A stretch of 64,000 bases of DNA from an uncultured virus (IMG/VR IMGVR_UViG_2061766007_000872) (IMGVR_UViG_2061766007_000872); one strand, 5' to 3'; counted from the stretch's first letter, positions 41,849-51,747 are shown. The notes: generated from the sequence alone by a model not told the origin. Made by a program: numbers and translations.

Positions 41849-41892
41849 CTCATATTGAGAAAATTGTATAATACAGAGAAAGGAAGATAATC

Positions 41893-42027
41893 ATGAGAGA
41901 TGATTTTATTGATAAACTCATTGAAGAAGATAGAAATGAGTTTGATGTTTTAATTGACACTTTAAAAGAGGTGTTTGAAAAAGATAGAATCTATCAAAAG
42001 AAAGGTAATAAACAGCATGGAAAGTAA
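41893..42027 (+). CDS. Small hypothetical protein (44 aa)
   Basis: AAAGGAAG RBS; MRDDFIDKLIEED...QHGK*. Confidence 0.45.
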   Translation: MRDDFIDKLIEEDRNEFDVLIDTLKEVFEKDRIYQKKGNKQHGK

Positions 42028-42238
42028 TGTAATTTTATATCACCAACAAGGTTGTGGTATGTGCAGAGCAGTTGAGATGCTCTTAAATAAAAAAGGTATA
42101 AAGTATGAATCAGAACTCATTACTTTAGATAATATAAAAGAAGCGCAAGCAAAAGGAATAACTGGTACTCCGACATTAGTTGTAGGTGAGCAAAAGTTCA
42201 TCAAAAAAGAATGTCTAGATTGGATTAATCAACAATAG
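42017..42238 (+). CDS. Glutaredoxin/NrdH-like redoxin
   Basis: LYHQQGCGMC (CxxC) and TPTLVV cis-Pro motif. Confidence 0.8.
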   Translation: MESNVILYHQQGCGMCRAVEMLLNKKGIKYESELITLDNIKEAQAKGITGTPTLVVGEQKFIKKECLDWINQQ

Positions 42239-42248
42239 AGGTATCAGT

Positions 42249-44162
42249 ATGGATAAGCAAACATTAGAAAGAAAATTAAAATTTATAGATGAATATAATT
42301 TGGCAAGTAATGCAGCAACTGGAAGTCAGTTTGATAGCAATGCCAATGTTTCTTCAAAGAATCTTGCTACACAAGAATGTGAATTAGGTAAAAAAGATTT
42401 CATTGATTTAAATAGAGCATTAGTGAAGAGATATCTCACTAGACTTTATGGAGAAAGTGTTGCAACTGAATATGATTTAGACTTAAAGAATCACATAATC
42501 TATGTGCATGATGAAAGTTCTTTAAAGCCTTATTGTGTTGCTGCCTCACTCTATTCTTTCTTATTAGATGGCCTTCAAGGACTTGGTGGTAGTGCATTTC
42601 AACCTAAGCATGCAAATAGTTACATTGGAAGTTTAATTAACTTAATCTTCTTACTTGCATCTCAATTTGCTGGTGCTGTTGCTATACCAGAATTCTTGAC
42701 ATACTTTGACCACTTTTTAAGATTAGATTATGGTGATGATTACATTGACCACCTTGATGATGTAGTTGAAAAAGTTGGTGAACATGAATTTAACTTAAGA
42801 CATAAGATTGAGGACTGGTTCCAACAATTTGTCTATAGTGTTAATCAACCAGCAGGTGCTAGAAATTATCAATCTCCATTTATTAACATTAGTTATTTTG
42901 ATAAGTATTATTTTGAAAGTATTTTCCATGACTTTTTCTTTCCAGATGGAGATGAGCCATGTTGGAGAACAACTAAAGAACTTCAAAAGATGTTTATGAG
43001 ATGGTTTAATAAAGAAAGAGAAAAAACAACAATTACTTTCCCTGTTGAATCATTCAATTTATTAGTAGATAAAGAAACACACAAGTATAAAGATGAAGAG
43101 AGTGCAGATTTTTGTGCAGAGATGCATTCGTTAGGACATTCATTCTTCATCTATCAAAGTGATAGTGCGGACTCATTAAGTTCATGTTGTAGACTTAGAA
43201 ATGGTATTGAGGAAAATGTCTTTAGTACATCTATGGGTGCTGGTGGTGTCATGACAGGAAGTAAGAAAGTCATTACACTTAATCTCAATAGAATAGTTCA
43301 AGATTGGTACAAACATCATGGACCACTTGGTGATGATGTTGAGTATACATTGCAAGAATATATTACTAAAATTGTTGAGAGAGTTCATAAATATTTGAAC
43401 GCCTGGGATGCAAAGTTAAGAGACGACTATGATAATGACATGCTTCCTGCTTACAAGTCTGGATTCATTGATTTAGATAAACAATTCTTAACAGTAGGTG
43501 TTAATGGCTTTGTTGAAGCAGCAGAATTCTTAGCAACAAAAGAANNNNNNNNNNNNNNNNNNNNNNNNNNNNNNNTTGACCCAGATAATGATGGCTACAA
43601 AGAACTTGCAAAAGATGTTTTAGGTACAATTAAGACATTGAATAGAAATGCAAGAAATGAACATAGAAAGTATAACACAGAATTTGTTCCTGGTGAGAAT
43701 GCCAGTGCAAAGTTATATGAATGGGATAAGAGGGATGGATATCTTGTTCCTCAAGGTAGAAATCTTTATAACTCATATTTCTATGTTGTTGAAGATACAA
43801 CAATTGACCCTGTGAAGAAATTTTATTATCAAGGTAATGGCTTTGCCACTGAGTGCGATGGTGGAGTCGCTCTTCACAACAATCTAAGTGAATTCTTATC
43901 TAAGAGACAATATAGATATTTAATGGATGTTGCAGTTAAGGCTGGTTGTAACTACTTCACATACAATATTCCAGCAACAATTTGCAATGATTGTGGTTGT
44001 AGAGATAAGAGATACTTACATGAATGTCCAAAGTGTGGTTCAACAAATCTTGATTATGAAACAAGAATCATTGGATATTTAAGAAGAGTGAGTAACTTTA
44101 GTGAAGCAAGACAAAAAGAAGCCGCTAAAAGGGCTTATGGAAAGGTAGAAGAAAATGCTTAA
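42249..44162 (+). CDS. nrdD: Anaerobic (class III) ribonucleoside-triphosphate reductase
   Basis: IYVHD, PYC, SCCRL, CNDC...CPKC Zn site, RIIGYL glycyl-radical motif. Confidence 0.95.
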   Translation: MDKQTLERKLKFIDEYNLASNAATGSQFDSNANVSSKNLATQECELGKKDFIDLNRALVKRYLTRLYGESVATEYDLDLKNHIIYVHDESSLKPYCVAASLYSFLLDGLQGLGGSAFQPKHANSYIGSLINLIFLLASQFAGAVAIPEFLTYFDHFLRLDYGDDYIDHLDDVVEKVGEHEFNLRHKIEDWFQQFVYSVNQPAGARNYQSPFINISYFDKYYFESIFHDFFFPDGDEPCWRTTKELQKMFMRWFNKEREKTTITFPVESFNLLVDKETHKYKDEESADFCAEMHSLGHSFFIYQSDSADSLSSCCRLRNGIEENVFSTSMGAGGVMTGSKKVITLNLNRIVQDWYKHHGPLGDDVEYTLQEYITKIVERVHKYLNAWDAKLRDDYDNDMLPAYKSGFIDLDKQFLTVGVNGFVEAAEFLATKEXXXXXXXXXXXDPDNDGYKELAKDVLGTIKTLNRNARNEHRKYNTEFVPGENASAKLYEWDKRDGYLVPQGRNLYNSYFYVVEDTTIDPVKKFYYQGNGFATECDGGVALHNNLSEFLSKRQYRYLMDVAVKAGCNYFTYNIPATICNDCGCRDKRYLHECPKCGSTNLDYETRIIGYLRRVSNFSEARQKEAAKRAYGKVEENA

Positions 44163-44715
44163 AGTTTATGATAGTGCAGTGACATTTACTGAATTCCCTG
44201 ATGAAATTACATTATGTGTAAATATTAGTAATTGTCCAGGTATGTGTGACGGATGTAGTGAGCCTTGGTTACTTGAAGATGTAGGTGATGAACTTACTGA
44301 AGAAAAGATTGATGAACTCATTAGAGAACACTCTGACATTACAGTATTTGGTTTAATGGGTGGTGATAGTGACCATGATGATGTTGTTAGAATTGCTAAC
44401 TACATTCACTCTAAATATGCTGATATTAAAGTAGGTATGTATAGTGGCAGAGAATACATGAGTACTAAACTTCTCAATTGTTTAGATTTATATAAAATTG
44501 GTAGATGGATTATGCCTAAAGGTAAACCAGAAGAATGGCATCAAACAAATAATGGTGTTCTTCAATTCCCATGGAGTAATCAACTCTTGTTTGAAAAGTT
44601 AAATACAAAAGATGGTGAATCTTGGGTAAATACAACATATAAGTTTAGAAAAGAAAAAGTTGGTAATCCAGCAAGATACATCATTACACAAGAAGACAAT
44701 AAAGACTCTATGTGA
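44155..44715 (+). CDS. nrdG: Class III RNR activating radical-SAM protein
   Basis: CPGMCDGC (CxxxCxxC), MGGD; adjacent to nrdD. Confidence 0.9.
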   Translation: MLKVYDSAVTFTEFPDEITLCVNISNCPGMCDGCSEPWLLEDVGDELTEEKIDELIREHSDITVFGLMGGDSDHDDVVRIANYIHSKYADIKVGMYSGREYMSTKLLNCLDLYKIGRWIMPKGKPEEWHQTNNGVLQFPWSNQLLFEKLNTKDGESWVNTTYKFRKEKVGNPARYIITQEDNKDSM

Positions 44716-44729
44716 GTCTTTTCTTTTTG
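44701..44729 (+). terminator. Intrinsic terminator
   Basis: AAAGACTC-TATGT-GAGTCTTT followed by TCTTTTT. Confidence 0.75.
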
Positions 44730-44777
44730 CACATTATTTTGTATTTTTTAGTGTGTATTTGCAAGTTAAGGCGTAAT

Positions 44778-44953
44778 CAATCAAAAATAGTTGATTTAAA
44801 AATTTCAAGCAAAATTGGTTGATTTTAGTATGCATTTAAAAGATTGTATAGTATAGTATGAAGTTGCAAATTACATTGAAAGAGATTGAAAGTGATAAAT
44901 ATAGTTTGCAACCAAAAACGATTTAAATTTTAAATTACAACCAAAAACGATTG
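44778..44953. repeat. Four imperfect 16-bp quasi-palindromic repeats (CAAnCAAAAnnnnTTK)
   Basis: Copies at 44778, 44806, 44909 and 44938 in an AT-rich intergenic region. Confidence 0.65.
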
Positions 44954-44963
44954 TAATTTTTAT

Positions 44964-44992
44964 TTGACAAATTTTTGATGTTTTGATATAAT
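44964..44992 (+). promoter_or_regulatory. Strong sigmaA (early) promoter
   Basis: TTGACA-17 nt-TATAAT with TGn extension. Confidence 0.85.
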
Positions 44993-45020
44993 TATAGATG
45001 AAGATTAGAGGTAATTTAAA

Positions 45021-45707
45021 ATGAAAACTAAAGTTGAACCAAAATTAAAATTTGAAGTCGGTGAAAAGGTTGTTATTACAGACTATCATTATTCTATTAC
45101 TAATGATAGAGATACTTGGCCAGATGAAGATGATTTTACTATTACAACAATTACTAAAGTTAATGATGATGGTAGTGTTGAAGTTGAAGGTGGCTATGTC
45201 TATAGACAATCCTATCAAACAGAATTTGGCTTTACAGAAGTTCATAACTACTTTAGAATCAAGAGAAGACCATCAGATGGAAAGTATACCAAGTTTGATA
45301 GCAAGAGATATACAAGTAGTGGCATTGGTTGTCATTGTGAAGTGAGTGATGTCGCTTGGTTTAGTGATGTTACATATTTATTAAAATTCTCAAAGAAGTT
45401 TGAAGATAAAATTGTTGAAATCCAAAAGCAATATGATGAAGAAAAAATTGCTCAAGCAGAAAGACAGAAAGCACATGATGAAAAAGAAGCAAAGAGAAGA
45501 CCTCATTTAGATGCTTTTAAAGACTTCATGGAACCACTAGAGAAAGAATTCTATGAAAAAAAGTGCAAAGCATGGAAAGAATTAATCTGTGCTAATTGTA
45601 AACATAATTTCGGTGGTAAATGTTCTAAGTGGAAAGATGAAAACAATAGTTATCAAGATATTAAAACAATGGAAGTTTCTTCATGCTCCGCTTTTGAAGG
45701 AAGATAA
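45021..45707 (+). CDS. Hypothetical early protein
   Basis: GAGG RBS; FEVGEKV N-terminus; Cys cluster at the C-terminus. Confidence 0.7.
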   Translation: MKTKVEPKLKFEVGEKVVITDYHYSITNDRDTWPDEDDFTITTITKVNDDGSVEVEGGYVYRQSYQTEFGFTEVHNYFRIKRRPSDGKYTKFDSKRYTSSGIGCHCEVSDVAWFSDVTYLLKFSKKFEDKIVEIQKQYDEEKIAQAERQKAHDEKEAKRRPHLDAFKDFMEPLEKEFYEKKCKAWKELICANCKHNFGGKCSKWKDENNSYQDIKTMEVSSCSAFEGR

Positions 45708-45710
45708 TAG

Positions 45711-45739
45711 TTGACATTTAGGTGTTATACTTGTATAAT
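45711..45739 (+). promoter_or_regulatory. sigmaA promoter
   Basis: TTGACA-17 nt-TATAAT. Confidence 0.85.
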
Positions 45740-45760
45740 TAAGCAAAAGAGGTATCAAAT

Positions 45761-45955
45761 ATGACAAAGAAAAAATTTGAAGAAATCATTAGTGATGCTA
45801 TTGCAGATTTAGAATCTTGTGTTAAAGACGAAGAGAGACATTCTAAAGAACCTTTTATGTCTGATTATGAAAGAGGTTGCATTGAAGGTAGAATTGACGG
45901 CTATGAAAAGTCAATTGAACTCTTAGAATTTATGAAGAAAGTGTGGGCAAAATAA
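45761..45955 (+). CDS. Hypothetical protein
   Basis: GAGG RBS; 64 aa. Confidence 0.6.
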   Translation: MTKKKFEEIISDAIADLESCVKDEERHSKEPFMSDYERGCIEGRIDGYEKSIELLEFMKKVWAK

Positions 45956-46260
45956 TGAGACAAGTAATTGTTAGATTAAGAGATTGTAGACCAACATATA
46001 CAAAAACAATTAAAACATGTTACTACTATTCTCAAGCACAATATAAATCAGAAGTCTTTAATGACTTTGAAAATTTGATGCCTGGCCAAGAAATCTATGT
46101 CAAAATCGGCAATAGATATTGCATTTGGATTACCTATGAAGAGGCTGAAAGCGCATCTAATTCAGGTGATTATGATAGTGTTGAAGACTATATCTACAAT
46201 AAACTTGTGAGAGATTACTCTTTGAATTATCATGTTGAAAATTATTTGCCTAGATATTAG
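45943..46260 (+). CDS. Hypothetical protein
   Basis: Coupled ORF; start may be ATG 45955. Confidence 0.55.
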   Translation: MGKIMRQVIVRLRDCRPTYTKTIKTCYYYSQAQYKSEVFNDFENLMPGQEIYVKIGNRYCIWITYEEAESASNSGDYDSVEDYIYNKLVRDYSLNYHVENYLPRY

Positions 46261-46270
46261 AGGTTGAATC

Positions 46271-46498
46271 ATGAAGATTGATGAAGAACTTAGAGGTATA
46301 TTAAAAGAAGTAGCACCAGTTGAAGTAGCAGAGACATCTGCTCCTTTACCAACAGAGTATGACAGCACAATGCATACTTCTACAAATTGTGGTGAAAAAC
46401 TTTCTATAAATATTGTTTACAATAGAGAAGTTCGTAGATATGCTAAAAAGCATAATATCTCAGAAGAAGAAGCATTTAAGAAAATATATAAGAGGTAA
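46271..46498 (+). CDS. Hypothetical protein
   Basis: GAGG RBS. Confidence 0.6.
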   Translation: MKIDEELRGILKEVAPVEVAETSAPLPTEYDSTMHTSTNCGEKLSINIVYNREVRRYAKKHNISEEEAFKKIYKR

Positions 46499-46501
46499 CG
46501 T

Positions 46502-46687
46502 ATGATTACAATTTATTATTTTAGTTTAATTACTAGAAAACAAGAAGAGATGCAATGTGATTATCCAGAGCAAGCAGTTTCTTTTATCCAAAACACAAAG
46601 GCTTCAGCAATCATCACTGGCATATCTTGTGTTGATGATGAAGACTTACAATATATCAATGAGAGGAATTATTATGAAAAAAGATAA
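46502..46687 (+). CDS. Hypothetical protein
   Basis: GAGG RBS. Confidence 0.55.
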   Translation: MITIYYFSLITRKQEEMQCDYPEQAVSFIQNTKASAIITGISCVDDEDLQYINERNYYEKR

Positions 46688-46829
46688 ATGTAAAGGTTGT
46701 CCTTATTCTCATAACTCAAATTGTAATGGTTGTGGTGAGTATTGGAGTGAGTGTTATAGTGATAAAAAACACAAAGACTTTATGGCTTTATTAGATGAAA
46801 TTGATAACGAAAAAGGAGAAAGAAAATGA
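46674..46829 (+). CDS. Small Cys-rich protein
   Basis: GAGG RBS; MKKDKCKGC...CNGC...C. Confidence 0.5.
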   Translation: MKKDKCKGCPYSHNSNCNGCGEYWSECYSDKKHKDFMALLDEIDNEKGERK

Positions 46830-47437
46830 AAGCAATAATGATGACTGTTAGACTTTGGTGGTTTTATCTAACATATAAAGGTATTAAGAAAGCCGAAATT
46901 AGAAAGAGATTCGCAAAAGACTTTAAGGGCAAAATCTTTGAGTGTGTTTCTAAAACAAACTGGAAAAAAGACTTGATGAAGATACCAGAAGAAGAGAGAG
47001 AGTTCTTTAAACAATTCGTAGGCAAGGTAGGTTTATGTTTTGAGTGTGATAAGGTGGAAGATTTTGAATTTTGTGAATTTAGCAAATATAAAGACAATTT
47101 AGAACTTTATAATGAATGCATAAGAAAAGACAATGAATTATGTAAGAAAGCGTGTATAAGTTGTGTTCAAATGGTTCAATACCTTGACACAAAAGCCATA
47201 GGCAAAGATATGTTTGGTAAAGCCATTCACATTACCAACTTAGAAATCTTTGACGAGCCAAAAGAAATAGGCGAGTTCTACAAAGTTGGCTATTACAAAG
47301 CAGCAGAAGAATGCTATAATGATAATCTAGATGATGGATACGACAAGAGTAGAGCGTGGACAAAAGCAGAACGAAGTGTTCATCGTGACTTCGCTCTAAC
47401 TTGTGCACCACAAAGTTATTACTATATTGAGGTGTAG
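46826..47437 (+). CDS. ASCH/PUA-like domain protein (paralogue of 56010..56690)
   Basis: MKAIMMTV...GIKKAEIRK...GKV...F.CD...GKAIHI...APQSYYYI. Confidence 0.6.
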   Translation: MKAIMMTVRLWWFYLTYKGIKKAEIRKRFAKDFKGKIFECVSKTNWKKDLMKIPEEEREFFKQFVGKVGLCFECDKVEDFEFCEFSKYKDNLELYNECIRKDNELCKKACISCVQMVQYLDTKAIGKDMFGKAIHITNLEIFDEPKEIGEFYKVGYYKAAEECYNDNLDDGYDKSRAWTKAERSVHRDFALTCAPQSYYYIEV

Positions 47438-47440
47438 AAT

Positions 47441-47605
47441 ATGAGAATCTTAATAGAAGGAAAACAAGTTAATCCAGAAAATGCACCTAATTTACATTTC
47501 GGTGTTGATAAGTGCGGAACACAATATATTGAAAATGTTGATGATGTTGAATCAAATAAAGAAAGAACAAAATTGATGAAGAGTTTACAAAGGAGTAGAT
47601 ACTAG
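47441..47605 (+). CDS. Small hypothetical protein (54 aa)
   Basis: GAGGTG RBS; MRILIEGKQV... Confidence 0.5.
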   Translation: MRILIEGKQVNPENAPNLHFGVDKCGTQYIENVDDVESNKERTKLMKSLQRSRY

Positions 47606-47607
47606 TT

Positions 47608-47859
47608 ATGATTGATTTTAAAAAAGTAAGTTGTCCACATTGTGGCAAAAAAGATTTCAAAATCTATAGTACTGATAGTACATGTATGTATTATCCTCCA
47701 AGATATGTAAATGGTGTCAATGTTAATCCAGATAAGAATGTTCAGTTTACTACTTGTAAATGTTGTGCATGTGGTAAAGAGTTCTATGTTAAGAGTCGCC
47801 ACATAGAACAAAAGATTTTTAAGACTCGTGATGAGGCAGAACCTACTTGGAGTTTTTAA
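47608..47859 (+). CDS. Small Zn-ribbon protein
   Basis: CPHC...CCAC; AAGGAG RBS. Confidence 0.6.
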   Translation: MIDFKKVSCPHCGKKDFKIYSTDSTCMYYPPRYVNGVNVNPDKNVQFTTCKCCACGKEFYVKSRHIEQKIFKTRDEAEPTWSF

Positions 47860-47860
47860 T

Positions 47861-48676
47861 ATGTTGAAACATTCATATAATTTATTTTTAGAAGATGCTC
47901 AAAGATTACATGACTTTGTGCCATGTACGAAAGAAGAGCGTAAAGATATCAGTAAGATAGCAAATGCTTATATTAAATATGAAATGCAAGGCAACAAAGA
48001 TATGATGAGTAGTTGCTTAAGTGCATTGATGATTAGGTATTGGTACATGATTCCTTTCTTGTATGAACAATGCAAGTCTTTAAGAATTGACATTGATGAT
48101 GTTGTGAATATGCTTTATGAAGCATTAACAAAAGCATTTAAGTATAAGGGTTGGATTGATGCTACACAATCAGTTAGCAAAGAAGAAAATGCTGTAGAGA
48201 AGTGCATTCATCAATGTATCTCATCAGTAAAAGCAGGTGCATTCCAAAACTCAAATAAAGCATTAAGAAAATTGAACTATATGACATTCTCAATTGAAGA
48301 ATCAGTTGAAATTTTTGGAGATTCTTCAGAGTGCTTGTATGCTGAAGATGTTGATGAGTATGCAGGTGTTAGAGAATTAGTTGAAAACAAATTAAAGTCA
48401 AAAGACATTTTAAGTGCCCTTGTTATTGATGGTATTTGTTTCTGTAATTGTTTTGACAAGAACGGTTTCAATATGCCTAAACTTGTCTCCATTATTAAGA
48501 AAGATGACTACATTTCACTCTTTAAAGATAGATATAATGTTGATAAGTCATTAAGTAGTAAAATCAACAATATTCAAAAGAGCAATAGAAAAGTGCTTAA
48601 GCAATTAGTTGATTATACGATTGATAATTTAAAGAAAGATAAGGGATTAATTTACAATGCTTTTGGGTGTTGTTAA
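47861..48676 (+). CDS. Putative phage sigma-factor-like protein
   Basis: ALMIRYWYMI...IDIDDVVNMLYEALTKAF...CI...RKLNYMTFSIE resembles sigma70 region 2. Confidence 0.45.
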   Translation: MLKHSYNLFLEDAQRLHDFVPCTKEERKDISKIANAYIKYEMQGNKDMMSSCLSALMIRYWYMIPFLYEQCKSLRIDIDDVVNMLYEALTKAFKYKGWIDATQSVSKEENAVEKCIHQCISSVKAGAFQNSNKALRKLNYMTFSIEESVEIFGDSSECLYAEDVDEYAGVRELVENKLKSKDILSALVIDGICFCNCFDKNGFNMPKLVSIIKKDDYISLFKDRYNVDKSLSSKINNIQKSNRKVLKQLVDYTIDNLKKDKGLIYNAFGCC

Positions 48677-48703
48677 GCATCTAGAATATTGTATAATATA
48701 ATG

Positions 48704-49405
48704 ATGAAAAATTTAGAAGTATGTAAAAATTGTTGGCTTAAGAATGATTGTAATGATAGTGGATATAGTTGCACAAATTCATTCTGTGTAAAGAATTTCA
48801 AATTGAGCAAGTTATATGACAATGCATTAATTTCACTTAAGCAAAGACAAAAAATTAATTGGTTTCCAACAGATAACGAAGAAGATGCAAAAAACTTTAA
48901 GTATCTTGCTTCAGTAGAAAAGAATATTATGAACTTTGTTGACCAAGGTGGCAATTTGTTTATTCACTCATCAGTTACTGGTAATGGCAAAACAAGTTGG
49001 GCATTGAGATTAGTTCAAGCGTATTTTAACAATGTGTGGTTTGAAGCATCAATAGAAGACTGTAGAGCATTGTTTATCAATGTTCCTAGATATTTACTAG
49101 CAATTAAAGATAATATCTCTCAGAAGAGCGATTATGTGCAATATATCAAAGATAATGTATTAAATGCAGACATTGTTATTTGGGATGAAGTTGGAACAAA
49201 AGGTTTGACTCAATTTGAACATGAGAATATCTTAAACTTAGTTAGTGTTAGAATTGATACAGGTAAAGCAAATATCTATACATCAAATCTTAATGATGAA
49301 GAGTTACACAAATTTGTTGGTGATAGACTTTATTCTAGAATTGTTCTATTATCTGATGAAGTTGAATTGTTTGGTTCAGATAAGAGGTCTTTAGTTGGGA
49401 GATAG
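48704..49405 (+). CDS. DnaC/IstB-like helicase loader ATPase
   Basis: N-terminal Cys cluster, TGNGKT Walker A, IWDEVG Walker B, YTSN, RLYSRI; start 48701 or 48704. Confidence 0.85.
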   Translation: MKNLEVCKNCWLKNDCNDSGYSCTNSFCVKNFKLSKLYDNALISLKQRQKINWFPTDNEEDAKNFKYLASVEKNIMNFVDQGGNLFIHSSVTGNGKTSWALRLVQAYFNNVWFEASIEDCRALFINVPRYLLAIKDNISQKSDYVQYIKDNVLNADIVIWDEVGTKGLTQFEHENILNLVSVRIDTGKANIYTSNLNDEELHKFVGDRLYSRIVLLSDEVELFGSDKRSLVGR

Positions 49406-49407
49406 AA

Positions 49408-50721
49408 ATGGCGGTAAATCAAATTCCACAATTACAAGTATTAAATTATATTTTAAATACAAAAGATAGTTCATTAATTTCTCTTAATAATCTTACTGAT
49501 GAATATTTTAGAGACTTTAAGAAAGAGTTCAACTTTATTAAGAATCACATAGATACCTATGGTAGAGTTCCAGATGTTGAGACTTTTTTCTCTACTTTTA
49601 AAAGTTGTAAGAGAATTGTTGTTAATGAATCTCCTTCTTTTTTAATTAAGAATCTATATGATGACTACAATACGAAAAAGATTGTTGAAGTTGTCAATGC
49701 TATTAAGCCAGCATTATTAGAAGGTAAAGTTGATGATGCAGTTGCAAAGATTAAAGACACAATGGAAAACATGTCTCAAGGCATTAGTTTACAATGTGTT
49801 GACCTTTTAAGAGATACAAGCAGATATGATGCTTATGTAGAAAGAACAAAAGATTTTGGTAGATATTATATCTCAACTGGTTTTCCAGAACTTGACCAGA
49901 TTGTTGGTGGTTTTGATAGAGAAGAAGAATTAGCAGTAATTGTTGCTAGAACTAACTTCGGTAAATCTTGGATTTTATTGAAGATGGCTATTGCATCTTT
50001 AAGTCAAGGTTTAAATGTCGGTATTTATTCTGGTGAAATGAGTGATAGAAAAGTCGGCTATAGAGTTGATACTTTAATTGGCAAGATTCCTAATGGCAGT
50101 TTGACTCATGGCAATGTTGAGATTCAAAATTTATACAAGAGATATATTGATTCTTTACCGGAAATGTTTAAAGGTTCATTGAAAGTAATAACTCCAAGTA
50201 TGATTGGTGGTCTTGCTGATGTGAATACTTTACAATTATTCATGGAGAAAGAGCATCTTGATGTTTTATATGTTGACCAATTGACATTACTTGAAGACCA
50301 GAGAAATGGTAAATCTCCAGTTGAGAAGATGAATAATATCTCCAAAGATATGAAGAAACTTCAAGTCTTAAAGAAAAGACCAATCATTAGTGTTCATCAA
50401 CAGAATAGAACTACAAATGATGATGGTGAGTTTGATACAAGACAAATTGCTGGTTCAGATAGAATTGGTCAAGATGCTACAATGGTAATCTTCTTAGAGA
50501 AGAAAGATGATATCATGAAACTTCATTTAAAGAAGTCTAGAGATAGTGAAAATAATAAAGTATTGACATATCATGTTGACTTGAATGTTGGTGAGTTTAC
50601 ATATATTCCAGATGCTAAAGATGGTATTGGTGGTAAGCAACAACCAAATGTTGAAGATAAGTTTGAACAAGTTGAAGTGATAAAAGATTTTCCACAAGAT
50701 AGTGGAGAGGATTGTTTCTAA
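49408..50721 (+). CDS. dnaB: Replicative DnaB-like helicase
   Basis: TGFPELD, ARTNFGKS, SGEM, YVDQL, QQNR, AGSDRIGQDA, KSR. Confidence 0.9.
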   Translation: MAVNQIPQLQVLNYILNTKDSSLISLNNLTDEYFRDFKKEFNFIKNHIDTYGRVPDVETFFSTFKSCKRIVVNESPSFLIKNLYDDYNTKKIVEVVNAIKPALLEGKVDDAVAKIKDTMENMSQGISLQCVDLLRDTSRYDAYVERTKDFGRYYISTGFPELDQIVGGFDREEELAVIVARTNFGKSWILLKMAIASLSQGLNVGIYSGEMSDRKVGYRVDTLIGKIPNGSLTHGNVEIQNLYKRYIDSLPEMFKGSLKVITPSMIGGLADVNTLQLFMEKEHLDVLYVDQLTLLEDQRNGKSPVEKMNNISKDMKKLQVLKKRPIISVHQQNRTTNDDGEFDTRQIAGSDRIGQDATMVIFLEKKDDIMKLHLKKSRDSENNKVLTYHVDLNVGEFTYIPDAKDGIGGKQQPNVEDKFEQVEVIKDFPQDSGEDCF

Positions 50722-51698
50722 TGAGTGAACTTGTTATAGACGGTTATCTTATAGATGCACCTATAGAAGAGATTTTAACTAAAGTAAAGAGTCAATTGAC
50801 AAATGGAAAACTTCGCTATTTTAAAGTAAAAGGTAATGAAGTGAAGGTAACTTGTCCTCATCACGGTGATGGTCAAGAAAAGAATCCAGACTGCTATATT
50901 GTCAATGAAAAAGATGATAAGTTAGAGTATGGTACATGTCATTGCTTTGCTTGTGGCTTTAGTGGAAGATTATCTAAATTTGTAGGTGAATGCTTTGATG
51001 AAGATGAGAAGTTTGGTGAGAAGTGGTTAGTTGATAACTACGGTTCACTTACAGAGGGTATCAAAGGGTTGCTTTATGATTATTCTTGTTTTGATGATGA
51101 TATTAAACCAAAAGAAATATTAGATGAATCAATTCTTGATACATATCAAAAGTGGCATCCATATCTTGATAAGAGACATATTTCAAGACAAGTATGTGAG
51201 AAGTTTAAATTGAGATATGACCCTGAAACAGAGTGCATTGTTTTTCCTGTTTGGGATGAAGATGACAATCTTGTGATGTTTACAAAAAGAAGTGTGAACA
51301 CTAAGATGTTCGTTATTGATGAAGATAAAGAGAAGCCAATTTATCTTTATAATGTTATTAAAAGAAATAATATACAAGAGGTAACAATAGTTGAGTCACA
51401 ATTCAATTGTTTAACATTGTGGTCTTGGAATATTCCAGCAGTAGCATTGTTTGGTACTGGTGACCCATATCAATATGAAATATTAAACAATAGTAACATT
51501 AAGCATTATTATCTAGCATTTGATGGTGATAGTGCTGGTGACAAAGGACTTCGTAGATTCTTGAAAAATATTAGAAGAGATGTATTTGTAGATATCATCT
51601 TAATTCCTAGAGGAAAAGATGTTAATGACTTAACAGAAGAAGAGTTCAACTCTTTGCAAATAATAGATAGTCAAGAGTGGTTGAGAAATAATTCTTGA
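50721..51698 (+). CDS. dnaG: DNA primase (Zn finger + TOPRIM)
   Basis: CPHH...CFAC Zn finger; VE, FDGD.AG, KDVND. Confidence 0.9.
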   Translation: MSELVIDGYLIDAPIEEILTKVKSQLTNGKLRYFKVKGNEVKVTCPHHGDGQEKNPDCYIVNEKDDKLEYGTCHCFACGFSGRLSKFVGECFDEDEKFGEKWLVDNYGSLTEGIKGLLYDYSCFDDDIKPKEILDESILDTYQKWHPYLDKRHISRQVCEKFKLRYDPETECIVFPVWDEDDNLVMFTKRSVNTKMFVIDEDKEKPIYLYNVIKRNNIQEVTIVESQFNCLTLWSWNIPAVALFGTGDPYQYEILNNSNIKHYYLAFDGDSAGDKGLRRFLKNIRRDVFVDIILIPRGKDVNDLTEEEFNSLQIIDSQEWLRNNS

Positions 51699-51722
51699 CT
51701 TTTTATTTAGAAACATTATAAT
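51695..51722 (+). promoter_or_regulatory. sigmaA promoter
   Basis: TTGACT-16 nt-TATAAT. Confidence 0.6.
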
Positions 51723-51747
51723 TATAAGTGAAAGTTGAGGTAGCACT

